This document shows positions 1-12,765 of a stretch of DNA of 64,000 bases, piece by piece (position 1 is the first letter of the stretch; every line of letters starts with the position of its first letter). The translations under genes were made by a program, and so were the position numbers. The stretch covers positions 47,554,001 to 47,618,000 of the forward strand of contig NC_043012.1 in assembly GCF_006345805.1 (NCBI RefSeq). Reading direction: 5' to 3'. Under the pieces are notes generated by a model that made no database searches, had not been told where the DNA came from, and worked only from the letters and a program-made list of their open reading frames with translations. Source of the stretch: Octopus sinensis (taxonomy: Eukaryota).

Positions 1-336
1 GACTTTCTCTACACATTAAAATGCTAAATCATATTTAACCTTCCTTTTATCAGTATCTGTATACTTGTATATGTCCTTTTGTAAAATATATCTTTAACTT
101 GATGCATACTTCCGTTTTCTGCAATAGTCTCGTCTCATTATTGCATTATTATTGTTTGTTCCAGAAGAGGAATAAGTAAATTGGATATAGATGAAATCGC
201 GAAATGTGTTGAGTAATATAACACGCATGTTGTCCATATATGCGAATCTTCAAAATTGTATTGTCCATTTATATCTTCTCATTCCTGACTAAACACTTTG
301 TATTACCTATATAAGTTCTAAACAGGTAACACTTAC

Positions 337-383
337 CTGTGTTGGTGACGAACTTTCTTCTCTATGATGGAATGTTTTCTCAT
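337..383 (-). CDS. Candidate first coding exon (MRKHSIIEKKVRHQH...) of a host gene continuing left out of the window
   Basis: Minus strand reads ATG at 383, 15 open codons, then AG|GTAAGT, a consensus donor at 336-331. Upstream 421-660 is pyrimidine-rich on the minus strand, like a 5' UTR. No recognisable homology. Confidence 0.25.
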
Positions 384-639
384 GCACTATATTCGAGATG
401 AAAAACTATGCAGAGAAGGGGAAGGAGAAGAAGTAAAATGAGAGGAAGAGGCGAAGGAGGGGAGGAAGCAAATGAGTAGACGCAGAAGAACAGTCCTAAC
501 AACTACAACAACAGCCACAGTAACTACGATGACGACGGAAAGTAAAGAAGCGGAATTCGTACGAGCCGAAAAAGTAAACGGCAGACACAGCGGTGCAGTA
601 TTCGGGTTTCAGAGAGTGGGATCGATAACCTGATTTCGA

Positions 640-1170
640 TTCATAGAAATGTTTTTCACTTCGAAAATAAATGATTTTGAGAAAGGAATGTTTTGTAAAA
701 CATAATAGGCCACCTACTCTATATATCTGCGTCGTTATTTGTTGTGTAAAACTCACCAATAATGAAATGGCGTCAAACGGAGAGACAAATCAGGAAGCCA
801 CTTTCCTTGCTGGGGGTGTATATTCTTGCTTTAAGCAATATGATATCGATTTACTTAGTTTCAAGCAAAGAACAAAAAACAGCAACAAAAGAAAGCAAGT
901 AAAAGGAAAATGAAAGGTTTCTGCGACATTCATACGATTCCAAATGTATCACTGCTGCGCGACATGGAAATTTATACATAGAATCGAACCCAAGGAATTA
1001 GTTAACTAACAGTGTTTGGCAGCAACGGAAAAATTGAGCGAAAATGAGCGAAGTTGAATAAGATATATATTATGCACATGTCTGAATGTGTTAAATTCTT
1101 TCTATGCAAGCACGTGATTTTGAGCCATTTGCATGGCGTTTTCGTGAAAGTGTTTTATAGAATAGCTGCG
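640..1170. promoter_or_regulatory. Possible promoter region
   Basis: Non-repetitive, relatively CpG-rich stretch upstream of the candidate exon. Contains CCAAT (~756), AAATGGCG (YY1-like, ~764), CACGTG (~1110) and ATTTGCAT (~1123). Motif evidence only. Confidence 0.2.
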
Positions 1171-1327
1171 CGTTCAACAATTTCTTAGAGAGAAACTCTG
1201 ACGAAAGCCTTTGAATATATATCTGAGTGTGTGTGTGTATAACTGTCTCCCTCTTTGTCTCTCTCTCCCTCTCAATTTCTCCCCCTCCTCTCTCTTTCTA
1301 TATATATATATATATATAGATAGATAT

Positions 1328-1358
<31 letters not shown>

Positions 1359-1789
1359 TATGTATATATATTGTTCTAACCCATTTGAGGTAAGACATTA
1401 TTATTGTTCACTGGTATTTTATCCTATCTTGTCTGTAAAAGATTTGCAACTATTCGGTGGTACAGAAGTATTTTTTTACTTCTATCATTAGCGATATAGA
1501 CACTCATGTAGTACCCTTGTGTATATATGTACATATTTAATATTGTATGTATATATTTTATTAATTTACCTGTACGGCTGATATTTCGCTTACCACTTGT
1601 GATGGTATTTTAATAATACCATCCCTATATTTTTATATATATATGTATTGTATAAAGGATCGTGGGAAGGCCAAAACAATGCGACGTAAATGCAAAGAAA
1701 ATCACAAGAAACCAAATATATGAATTAATGTTGACTTCCCTTGCATTCAATATTTCGGGTATATGACCCTCGTCCTGAAGAAATTAACG

Positions 1790-3830
1790 AATGTTGCAGA
1801 TGTGCGTATGTGTGAGTGTGTGTATAGACATGCGGGGAAAGTTTTTGCTGCAGCATCCAGCTAGCTTCCTGTAACTCTCTTCTGTTGCTGACAGTTGGTT
1901 TCCTTTGGTGTATAAGGATGGCCTAGGAGATTCTACGATTGCCCCTGTTGCGATCTGTTTCCCTGATGTGTATTGTGAATTCCCGGTTGCATCTTGGAAC
2001 GCTAGGGGCTTCACTGTCACTCTTGTTTATTAGTAATTTAGTAGCAATCTCATGTTCTTAGATTGCGAATGCATTACCTTCGAATCGTAATATGATGTAC
2101 CGGTCGCGAGTCCAAGAGTGCTTCATGTCAATGATTCTAGCTTCTTCGAGTCCACGAGAAACATACCCAAGCATGATCTATTTTTGGTATGCTGAGCGTT
2201 ACACTTCCAAGTCTTCTTTGAGGTATGCTAGTCCGGATGATTTTGGGTGGCATGGGAAGTTATCATGAAGAGAATACTTCCTGAACAGCTCACTTCCAAT
2301 ACGTAGGATATTATTTTCTTCATCTTTCAGCACTAAATGAATGTATATATATTTCCTGCTAACCAAGTGCCGTCTGAGAGAGTCTATGAGATGTTCGAAA
2401 GTTTCGTAGATAGAGACAAACGATATCACTAATTTTGTAGAGATTTCCAGTTGATGTTAAAATCTTGCGGGTTTTAATGTCTATGGAATGGTTTTCTTCT
2501 ACAGATCAGTCTAGTATCCCAAATGTTGGCATCAACACTGGTACTGCAAATGCACTGAGGGATAATGTCTTGTAATAAGAGGAGAGTTCGTACTGCCATA
2601 TTTATTTTAGTCTGGTGTAATATTCTTGGGTCTCTCGGTCTTTATTCACAGTACCTTGTTATGATATATCTTCATCAATGCCAAAGTCCTTGTAGCATTC
2701 TTTGTGTGGGGCAGGAGAGATAGTGTGACTATTGATGTATAGGTTTTGTGTCGAGGAGACTGACTTTCCCCGTTCAACGATTAAATACGAACATTTCGTC
2801 TGGCCAGATTTCATTCTGATGTCAGCTAAAAATGCCTCTCAGCAGGTATTGGCATGACAATTTTCTCTACTATGGTCAATGCGACGATCACACGCTAAAC
2901 ACGTTCTTTCCAAGCACTGCTGTAAACAGTGGAAGTGAGCTAGAAGATTAGACTTTAGTGCACATGCAAAGACGAATTCAAGGTCAATCTGTGCCAAGCA
3001 GTTTTACTTTGCGTGTTTCAGCTTCGTTACTATGTCAACAGTCCGGATACTTATTGATCTGACCTCGTAATATTTAGGCAAGCAATAGGCCTGTAGTTTT
3101 CAGGCATCTTGGTGGTTTTATTCTTGGCCCCGAGATTTATCAATGCCATAGGAACCAATTTGGAATGTCAGTCTGACTTTCCAAAATACTTTTGAATATA
3201 CGTATAAGTGGTTTCCTGTAAAATGTAAACATGTTATATAAGTATCCAACTATTAGATCCCTTCCAGATTCCTTCTTGTTATGCAGTTTTCCTAAAGCTA
3301 CGATGAAAATTTCCGAGCCATTTGCATATCATTCACTGTTGATTCTGGTAGAGTATTCTTCCATTACTGCATTTAACCACGATGCATTGAGGTTGAGATT
3401 CCTCTTTTCGTTTCAGATTTTCAACCAGAATGATTCAAGATCCTCATAAGAGTCGGCTTTCATGACGGTAATTTTCCTTTCCTCATCTCCTTATGTAATG
3501 TCTGTGGGATCGAAGCAAACTTGTGATTCATATAGACTCGTTTACTTCTGCTCAAGAGCTTCTTGTGGAAAGTCACCATACAAATTTGGTGCTTTTTTAA
3601 AATAAGATGTGACTAATGTGGTGTAAACTCATAGTTCCTCTTACTCTTTATAATTGCTGTTGACCATCCAATATGGCAGCGTAGATTGTTGATATTTCCT
3701 TTTGTTTTCCACCCAGGTTGCTTCTGTTTAGTACTTTCATCACAGTATATGCTGCAGATTTCACCTTGGTACCACGTATATGAGGGTATTAACACTCCAA
3801 TAATTAACATCACATGATTCCAGGTGTTCT
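1790..3830 (-). mobile_element. Degraded R4/Dong-clade non-LTR retrotransposon, RT core missing
   Basis: Minus-strand translation with stops and frameshifts gives KQPGWKT..INNLR, FWLKI*NEKRNLNLNASWL, PENYRPIACLN (~3105-3073), AFLADIRMKSGQTKC, AFAVPVLMPTFGILD and FEGNAFAI*EHEIAT, all typical of R4/Dong ORFs. Confidence 0.8.
2858..3069 (-). mobile_element. Mariner-family 5' end fragment inside the R4/Dong copy
   Basis: Minus strand begins TA|CGAGGTCAGATCAATAAGTATCCGGACTG, a mariner-type TIR. It aligns with the fragment at 19830-19970. Confidence 0.7.
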
Positions 3831-3889
3831 CCAGTGACATCGTCGATAACTTTCAGCATTAGAGCTGTTAATTCTTTTCGTAATGATGT

Positions 3890-4860
<971 letters not shown>

Positions 4861-5517
4861 CTTCATGTATCACCTATATATATGAAACATATATCACCAA
4901 CTATATTGTTGCCTTCAACAATAGTTTCCAAATTTCTTACTCACTTAACGGCGCCTATATCTATCATCAGAAGAATTAATTCAGTTTCAGTGCGTGTAAT
5001 CTGCATAGACTGTGTTCACTCTTATAGAAATATGGTGTATACAATTATTAGCTTCATTAATACGTAGTTTTATGTTTCTGAGTGATGAAAATATAAGCAT
5101 AAAATATTGTACGAGATAATCACCTGAAACTTTATGCTATATCCTAATATACAACATTATAAATATGCATGTTATATTTTATAAAAGATTGCTGTTTAAA
5201 AACCAAAATGATTATCTGTCAACCTAGGTGTTTACATGTTTATGTATCTCACATATCCTGCACTTATTTTAATTGATTTGTTTTTCTTCTTAATACAATG
5301 GTGTATTTCAAGCTACGTTGAATCGCAACGGTGTAGATACGTGTATACTATTTGAATATTCAGAATATATTTTCAGATTGAAAGCAGAAAATACTGTGTG
5401 GATATAGAGGCATCAATCGTGACATAGACTAATCTAAATAATCAGAAATATGTTATCATATTCTCACTATTTGTGCATCAGTTTATCAAAGTAGCTAGTT
5501 TTGTATGTATATGTCAG

Positions 5518-5830
5518 GTGGAGCACTGTCAAAAACGATGAGGAATCAGCTCTTCAGTGGATGATGATACTCTAGTTGTTCTAAGAATGACTGTTGACTT
5601 GTACGGTGATTCTATTTAAACCGTCAACTGCTTTCTTTCGTCCACGGCCATCTTTAATCCATTGACGACAAGGCTACGTCAAGTTGTCTGGGGACCGATG
5701 TAGGGGATGTTTGATTGTTTATTCATGCTTCCTCTTGCCCTGTGTGCGTTTGTTGCTGCCACGTGTCTCTCTGTTGAAAGCAGCGTCCACTGGATCCAGT
5801 CTTTATACGCATAGGTAGGTAATTATTCAT
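5518..5830 (-). mobile_element. Highly decayed SINE related to the 12383-12765 family
   Basis: GTGGAGCACTGTC...ACGATGAGG resembles the tail of the better-preserved copies. Confidence 0.35.
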
Positions 5831-7849
5831 ACCTGAAACCATCATAAGTGCTACTACTACTGGTCAGTGTAGACCTAGGAACAATAATGACTAAGAAGTG
5901 TTTCCGCACTCCACAAAACCCTGAAACTCTTGAACCAGGGTCACACTCCCGCGAGACATATCAATTACCCAAAACATATTCCTTACTGAATTAATGTGTA
6001 TATGACTGCGCATTCCAGGGATACGTGTCTCTTGATATAATTGCCTGGTATAATCAACCTGAGTTTATTTGGTAAATCTGTATATTTGCATTACAGGTGC
6101 AATGCATCCGCTAGATTTCTGCTCGGTTTCCGTCTATCCGGTTCCACTCACTTGGTGTGGATTTTCCAAGATGATCTGAAGTAGTATTGAACCCGGGAAT
6201 GCTCATAGATATCACTGGAAGGATTGGAGCCAGCAGTAAACATACACACGGACATACATATAACACCGACACATACGTAATTGATAATTATATATAATCA
6301 TATTCATACAGGTGTATGTGCAAAGGAAAATTGAAATGAGCTTCACCGACAAGGTTTTTAAAAAAAATATCCCAACAATGAGTCGCCATTTCTCCGAATT
6401 TAGGTATCAGGTTGGCATATGCACCTGCTACAACTGACTTTATTTTAATAACTGTAAGCAGCTAGGCAGGCATTCATATATATGTAGTAAGAGACGTATT
6501 CCGTCTTATTTTCTTTTTCTTGCTTAATCTATTTAACTGTTCTTATGCTCGGAAAACTCTGAATATTTTCTTCGCTGAAATCAATCCCACAAATTCTGTT
6601 TTTAACTCTAGTACTTATTCCGTCTATAGTATTGAAATTGTTGAGGCAAGCACATCAACACTGCTTGTCAAGATGTTCAGAAGAACATGACTACACAAAC
6701 ACGTATATGTATAGAAGACATAATTACTCTCACGTTCGCACATAGTTACCCCCACACGTTCACACACGCGCAAGCACACACACATGTATGTAGGCGAAAG
6801 CGTGATTCTGCAGTGAATTGTTGGCTACCCAAACTTTTATACCTTAAAGTGCATTATATTTTTTGTACAGCTAAGTGTGGGAGCCAGACTCAATGTGCAA
6901 ACCTTTGCGTAGTGTGTGTTTTTTTCACCAACTATCTTCTGCCAACCCTTTATTCTGCACATGCGGTTTCAGTACAATTGGTGGATTTGTGTCTTCCAAG
7001 CAGGGCTTTGTTCTAGCGACATCATCTCATCAAATAAAAATTATGTTTAGAGCACTGGCAAATCACCTACATCATCGTTCAAACTCTACATGTCGCAATA
7101 TCTTTAATTTTATAGTTTTTTATTGTGTGGAAAAAATACTAACCTAACGGATATATACTAGTTACATAATTTTCTGAGCATTAAGAATTTCAGAGCTGGT
7201 GGTTTCACTTGACTCAGTTATGTTATCCAAAACATACATGATCCTCTAAATGTGGGTATAACAATTGATTTCATAAGTTATTTGAAAGTTATTCTCAAAT
7301 AATTTGCCTTATGGTTAATTATCACACCTTCGAACCAATCTTCTAAAATATATTAATCAGGCATATCTTGTTATTTGTAAGTCAACTCAGATGAAAGTAA
7401 AATTTTGCATAACCCATGCAAGACTTTGGAATGCTGGGATGATACGCAAGTCGGGTCTTTAATTTCCGATCATCACTAGGTATTTAAGTCCAGAAGAAGC
7501 GTCAAATGATTTTCGAAGCTTTAATTCTCGTCGTTGAATTCTCTTCCCAAGTAAAGAAAAAAGAAAATGATCTTAGCTAAAACGCTGAGAAGCCGTCTCT
7601 GATTAAGTAGAAAGTCTTGTTTAAATTCTTAAAATTCGCCCTGAGATAAGTGGTCATACATTACAAATTACTTAAGTGCGAATTCTAAGGTTTGCCAAAA
7701 GTTATCAGACAGTAAAACAAAACCATTTAATTCCAAGATCTATTTATGTTTGACAACTCAATTATTGTAATAAAAGCATCTGAATATGAAACATCATGAG
7801 AATTGTTCAAACTGAACTTCGTCTTCAGTGACACATTTTTCCATTCGAG

Positions 7850-7919
7850 TCAATACAGAATAAGAGATAATATTTATGGAATTTTGACTTACTGTCGGGT
7901 GACTTTGTCCAACCCTGTA
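7850..7919. mobile_element. Tc1-like terminal inverted repeat remnant
   Basis: Reverse complement reads TA|CAGGGTTGGACAAAGTC, a Tc1-like TIR ending at a TA run. Confidence 0.45.
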
Positions 7920-7925
7920 TATATA

Positions 7926-7971
<46 letters not shown>

Positions 7972-8009
7972 AATTGTAGCGCAGAAGGTGCTTATAAGTA
8001 ATATAAAAG

Positions 8010-8300
8010 CAAACAAAAAAGGTTAGATCCACTGCAACATTTAAATTTAACTTGTCAAAATATTTTCGTCGATTTGAACTCGCGACCTCCTCACTGAGAA
8101 CATTTCGTGCTGCATCTGAATTCCGTGCAGCACGGAAGTTTTTGATGATTTAAATTTTTATTTTGATGTGAATCTAACAGTTTTAGTTTGTTTTTCAATG
8201 TCTTATAAACACCTTCCACTCTGCAATTTATTTTTTGTTTCAGCACACGATCTCAGATCAAGTCACTTGCTATGCAAGTACATCTCCGTAATATATATAT
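8010..8300 (-). mobile_element. Interspersed repeat with hammerhead-like architecture (PLE pLTR or retrozyme-like)
   Basis: Flanked by TA runs. Minus strand 8100-8052 folds like a type I hammerhead, and a 9-12 bp hairpin lies at 8103-8137. Confidence 0.4.
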
Positions 8301-8379
8301 AAGTGAACAGAAAATGGAGAAATATTGATTAACAACGATGACTAACATCAATTATTACTTTTTAATACAAATAGACTAT

Positions 8380-8625
8380 ATCTCATCTACTAAGCCCGCC
8401 ATATATATATATATATATATAGTGTATGTGTGTGTGTGTGTGTCTGTCTGTCTGTCTGTGCCGGTAATTGTGTGTCTGTGCTTGTCCTCCCAACATCGCC
8501 TGACAACCTATGCTGGTGGGTAACCTAGCGGTTCGGCAAAAGAGTCCGATAGAATAAGTACTACGCTTACAAATAATAAGTCCTAGCATTGATTTGCTCG
8601 ACTAAAAGACTGCAACAAATTAAAG
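8380..8625 (+). mobile_element. SINE 3' fragment (family of 28490-28920)
   Basis: CTAGCGGTTCGGCAAAAGAGTCCGATAGAATAAGTACT...TTGCTCGACTAAAAG matches the reverse complement of the 28.5 kb copy. Confidence 0.65.
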
Positions 8626-8685
8626 AATAACAGACTATATATATACATATATGTGTGTGTGTGTGTGCATGTATATATACGTATA

Positions 8686-8728
<43 letters not shown>

Positions 8729-9590
8729 ATATACGCTTATATCTATGTGTGCGCGCGTGTTTATCTTCATGCATTGGGGTATTTAGTTTGAAATTGCGTA
8801 GAGTTGATTAAAATCATGGAAATTGTTTCTAACCAGATTGTAAAAGAAGTGAATTGCTAGAACGTCATGTTTACTGTGTTCATACTACGAAATGTTGCTG
8901 TGTACAATCTAGCTATGCGCAACTTATTTAGCGATTTTAAATATAGGGCTGTTATTGTCAACAACGAAAAACGAATTAAAGCGACGAGTTTAAGTCACTT
9001 GAGGAATTGAAGCAGTGCAAGTATGATTAGAAATTCTACATTGCTTACAGGCAATCAAACTGTGCAAGCCTTTATATTATGTACCGTATTAACTAGGTGT
9101 ACTTATTTCTTATTTTTCTTTTATATTTTCCCCCTGTAAATACCAAAGCTTACTCTAATAGTTTTTACAGTGTGTTCTCTGACAACACACATTCGTTTGT
9201 TCGCAATTGAGATATACATTTTCCTCTATATATGTACCGTATTGAACTAAGGCGCACGTATTTCTTATATTTCTCTTCAGTTTTCCATGTCACAACTAGA
9301 ACATATTCTTACAGTGTTTTACAGAGTGCATTGTATCAATGCCCGTTTGTTTCTTGGAAATCGTGATAGGTATTTTCATATGGAAAATGAAGACGTTAAG
9401 GAGATTAATAAAATGTGAACGGGGTTATATGCTTTTAGATACGTCCATTTTCAAGCTCTTTTATAATAATTCTCCATACCATAGATTATGCCGCTCTTTG
9501 TGAAGAGACTACGGTTTTGCTCGAATACCGTCTGGCAGAATTTTTATTCTAAAAAACCTGACCACAGTAATTTTGTTCTATATACCCATG

Positions 9591-9830
9591 GGCATATGGT
9601 GTAGTGGTTAAGAGCACGGGCTACTAACCCCAATATTCCGGGTTCGTTTCCAGGCAGTGACCTGAATAATAATAATAATAATAATAACAACAACAACATC
9701 GAAAAATATCTTAGGAATGAGAACCGAGGTTTCAAATTTCCCCCAAGACACCTGAAGAAGGCTAGAGGTATTCCAGCCGAAAAGTTGTGTTAAGGATGAG
9801 GACAATATCCGTCAAATGTAAATAATGTAA
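9591..9830 (+). mobile_element. tRNA-derived SINE with internal (AAT)n linker and hammerhead-like 3' tail
   Basis: A box TGGTGTAGTGG (9597) and B box GGTTCGTTTCC (9641), then AAT/AAC repeats at 9665-9697 and a tail ending TGTAAATAATGTAA. A second copy lies at 49275-51770. Confidence 0.8.
9747..9791 (+). ncRNA. Minimal type I hammerhead ribozyme motif (one stem III substitution)
   Basis: Stem I GACAC/GTGTT, core CTGAAGA (9752-9758), stem II GGCT/AGCC, GAAA (9779), then AGTT. The sister copy at 51710 has GAAACGTT. Confidence 0.55.
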
Positions 9831-9977
9831 ATTATGCCCAGTAATTTTGTTATACCTGGTAGTTATTGTATCAGACACTTTTGCTGAACCATGAAGTCAC
9901 ATGAACGTAAAAACACAGCACAGTTTATTAGCGGGGAGGGAAGACAAACACTAAGGCACAAACATAATACATATACG

Positions 9978-10010
<33 letters not shown>

Positions 10011-10057
10011 ATATTTCGGAATGGTCATATTGCCAGTTTAGCCAATAAAATTTAAAC

Positions 10058-10196
<139 letters not shown>

Positions 10197-10746
10197 AATT
10201 CGTACAAACATACATATACATGACTGAAGTCAATAGACACCCTTTGTAATCATACCCTTTGAATTTTCAATGCAAGGATTATATTAGGCCTTATTGCTTT
10301 ACATTAATGTTGTTAAATTTTATTGAATTATTTACGGCAAATATACATATATTTATATATTTATTGTTTTGTTATAGTATCTAAATTAATTTATGTTACT
10401 TTTTAGGACCTGAAGAGTGGCTAAATACCTTTAAATTGGAATTATGATGAATTTAAATTTTTTTAAATGAAATTTTGATATTATCTATTTATATATTTAG
10501 TCATGTGACGCGCGTACTCATTTTAATGTTTTGATCTGTTATGGGATTTTTAGAATAATGATTATAAGATACCTAATTAATTTCTATGTGGTTATTATTG
10601 ATAATATCTTTTAACCATTGATGAATAACTAAATAGCGGTTTGTCTCTTAATTCTAAATATATATATAATATATTGAGAATTTTGATTTAGTTTGATAAA
10701 TTAATTTTTTCCCCTGTTAGCTTGGAATTATTACATTCCCTAACTA

Positions 10747-10796
<50 letters not shown>

Positions 10797-10849
10797 ATTA
10801 ATAAATAAAATATATGCATACATAAATACATATATATATATATATATAT

Positions 10850-11290
10850 GAGTACAGGACACCACAAATAGACGTAGAACTCAACGAGAAACGAAAACTT
10901 AAAAACAAACATGGAAACGGACTTTTTTTAACAACGAAAAAACAGAGTACAAGACAAACAATACAAGGAAAATTCCCCTTCATCAGCTGTCCCTATTTCG
11001 ACTCCATGCGTGTTTCGAAGGTAAGAACAGAACACGACTCGTCGAACTAGCCCTTCCTGCGAAAGAATTAAATAAATTTCCTTTGCAGAGGGGTAAAAAC
11101 AAGGAAAAAAAAATGTGACAAAAATAGGACGTAAAAACAATACAAATAAAAAACAAAGACAAAATAAAAATGCAAATACAAAAAAATACAGTACAATTTA
11201 TTGCATGACTGAGCGCCCTCGCGTTGTTTCGTTTCTTTTCTGTTCTCCAAGAAAGTTTATATATATCTGTAAGTATAATATGTGACAATT
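10850..11290 (-). mobile_element. PLE pLTR-like remnant with degenerate hammerhead pieces
   Basis: Minus strand has CCTTCGAAACACGC..GTCGAA, similar to the 18.66 kb pLTR, and CTGATGA followed by a hairpin at 10986-10965. It abuts a TA tract. Confidence 0.4.
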
Positions 11291-11339
11291 ATTCGGTAGC
11301 CATGATAAAATTCCGAGTTTAGGATATCGGGGCGGTAAC

Positions 11340-11760
11340 AACGCCGGCATCTCTTCAGTTATCGGCCATCGAAAAAGGTACTATGGAAATTACCTTTAAA
11401 ACAAAGGGAAATTACTCTATATCCGCTAAGGACACGGTTTCGACGAAGAAATACGTAGGCCCTACAGGGGGTAATTACTAGGCCAGGTTCAATAATCACA
11501 CCTTGAGCATCAGGCCCCAAAATGACCACATTATCCAGTCATATATGGTCTTTAAAAGATAAAGGTGTCACTTAAAACATTCATGGGAAGATCTTAGCCA
11601 AGTATAAGCCCTACACCAACGGCAATGGAATGTGCGATCTTTGTGATATGGAAAGGTGGCTCATCTGAAAAAGCAGCTTAGACTCCGCCACGTGTCTAAA
11701 TTCAAGAACTGAACTTTTTGGATCATGTCCATATGGGCCTAAATATTTGTTACATTTTTG
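11340..11760 (+). mobile_element. Penelope-like GIY-YIG endonuclease pseudogene fragment (Naiad-like C-terminus)
   Basis: KKYVGPTGGNY*ARFNNH, TTLSSHIWSLKDKGV, WKILAKYKPY...CDLCDMERWLI*...LNSRTELFGSCP, across frameshifts. Confidence 0.75.
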
Positions 11761-12334
11761 GTCCCCCCCCCCGAGATTACAGATAGCACTTGCTTTCTAT
11801 ATTGTGTCCACATACAAGCTTTTTATCTCTCTATTCTTTTTACTTTTATTTCTTATATATTCTTTATATTTTTTTACATAATTATAGAGTTATTCTTTTA
11901 TAGTTTTATTGCTCTTATATTTATTTTACACATAATTGTTCTCAATTCTACCTTCCACCCTGCATTTTCCTGTGCGTATATAGACGTGTATATGGAACTT
12001 TTTGTGCGAGCGTGAGAATGTGTGCGCGTGTGTGTGTGCGAGCGCGTATGTGGGTATGTATACATTTTTTGGCGAATGTGTGGATGAGCATGTGTGTGTT
12101 TCAAGTGAGAGTGGATGAGTATATACAAATATGCGCATGTACGTGGGTGTGCGGGCAAGCATGTGTATGTATGGACATGCTCGCTTACGCGATTACTATG
12201 AATATCTTTACTCCCTCTCCTTACTTAGCGGGCATTCTAATAGCTCTTTTGTCTTAATAACGGTTAATCACACAGCAATATTTATAGCATTTTTCCGATG
12301 GGTTTCAACGGGTTTCAACATTCGAAACTCGGAG

Positions 12335-12382
<48 letters not shown>

Positions 12383-12384
<2 letters not shown>

Positions 12385-12765
12385 GAAGCACTCTGTCGGC
12401 TACGACGACGAGGTTCCGGTTGAACCGATCAACGGAACAGCCTGCTCGTGAAATTAACGAATAAGTGGCTGAGCACTCCACAGACACGTGTACCCTTAAC
12501 GTAGTTCTCGGGGATATTCAGCGTGACACAGAGAGTGACAAGGCCGGCCCTTTGAAATACAGGTACAACAGAAACAGGAAGTAAGAGTGAGAGAAAGTTG
12601 GGGTGAAAGAGTACAGCAGGGATCACCACCATCCCCTGCCGGAGCCTCGTGGAGCTTTAGGTGTTTTCGCTCAATAAACACTCACAACGCCCGGTCTGGG
12701 AATCGAAATCGCGATCCTACGACCGCGAGTCCGCTGCCCTAACCACTGGGCCATTGCGCCTCCAC
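12383..12765 (-). mobile_element. tRNA-derived SINE, near full length
   Basis: Minus-strand head GTGGAGGCGCAATGGCCCAGTGGTTAGGGCAGCGGACTCGCGGTCGTAGGATCGCGATTTCGATTCCC with A and B boxes. The body is shared with 17335, 25319 and 31679. Confidence 0.85.

Noticed and set aside
4940-5000. Minus-strand AA|GTGAGT donor with a short open frame (ITRTETELILLMIDIGAV)
   Set aside because: No convincing acceptor and no homology.
12383-12765. tRNA genes at SINE heads (also 9591, 17335, 28.9, 31.2, 37.8 and 49.3 kb)
   Set aside because: They lack proper acceptor stems and continue into shared SINE bodies.
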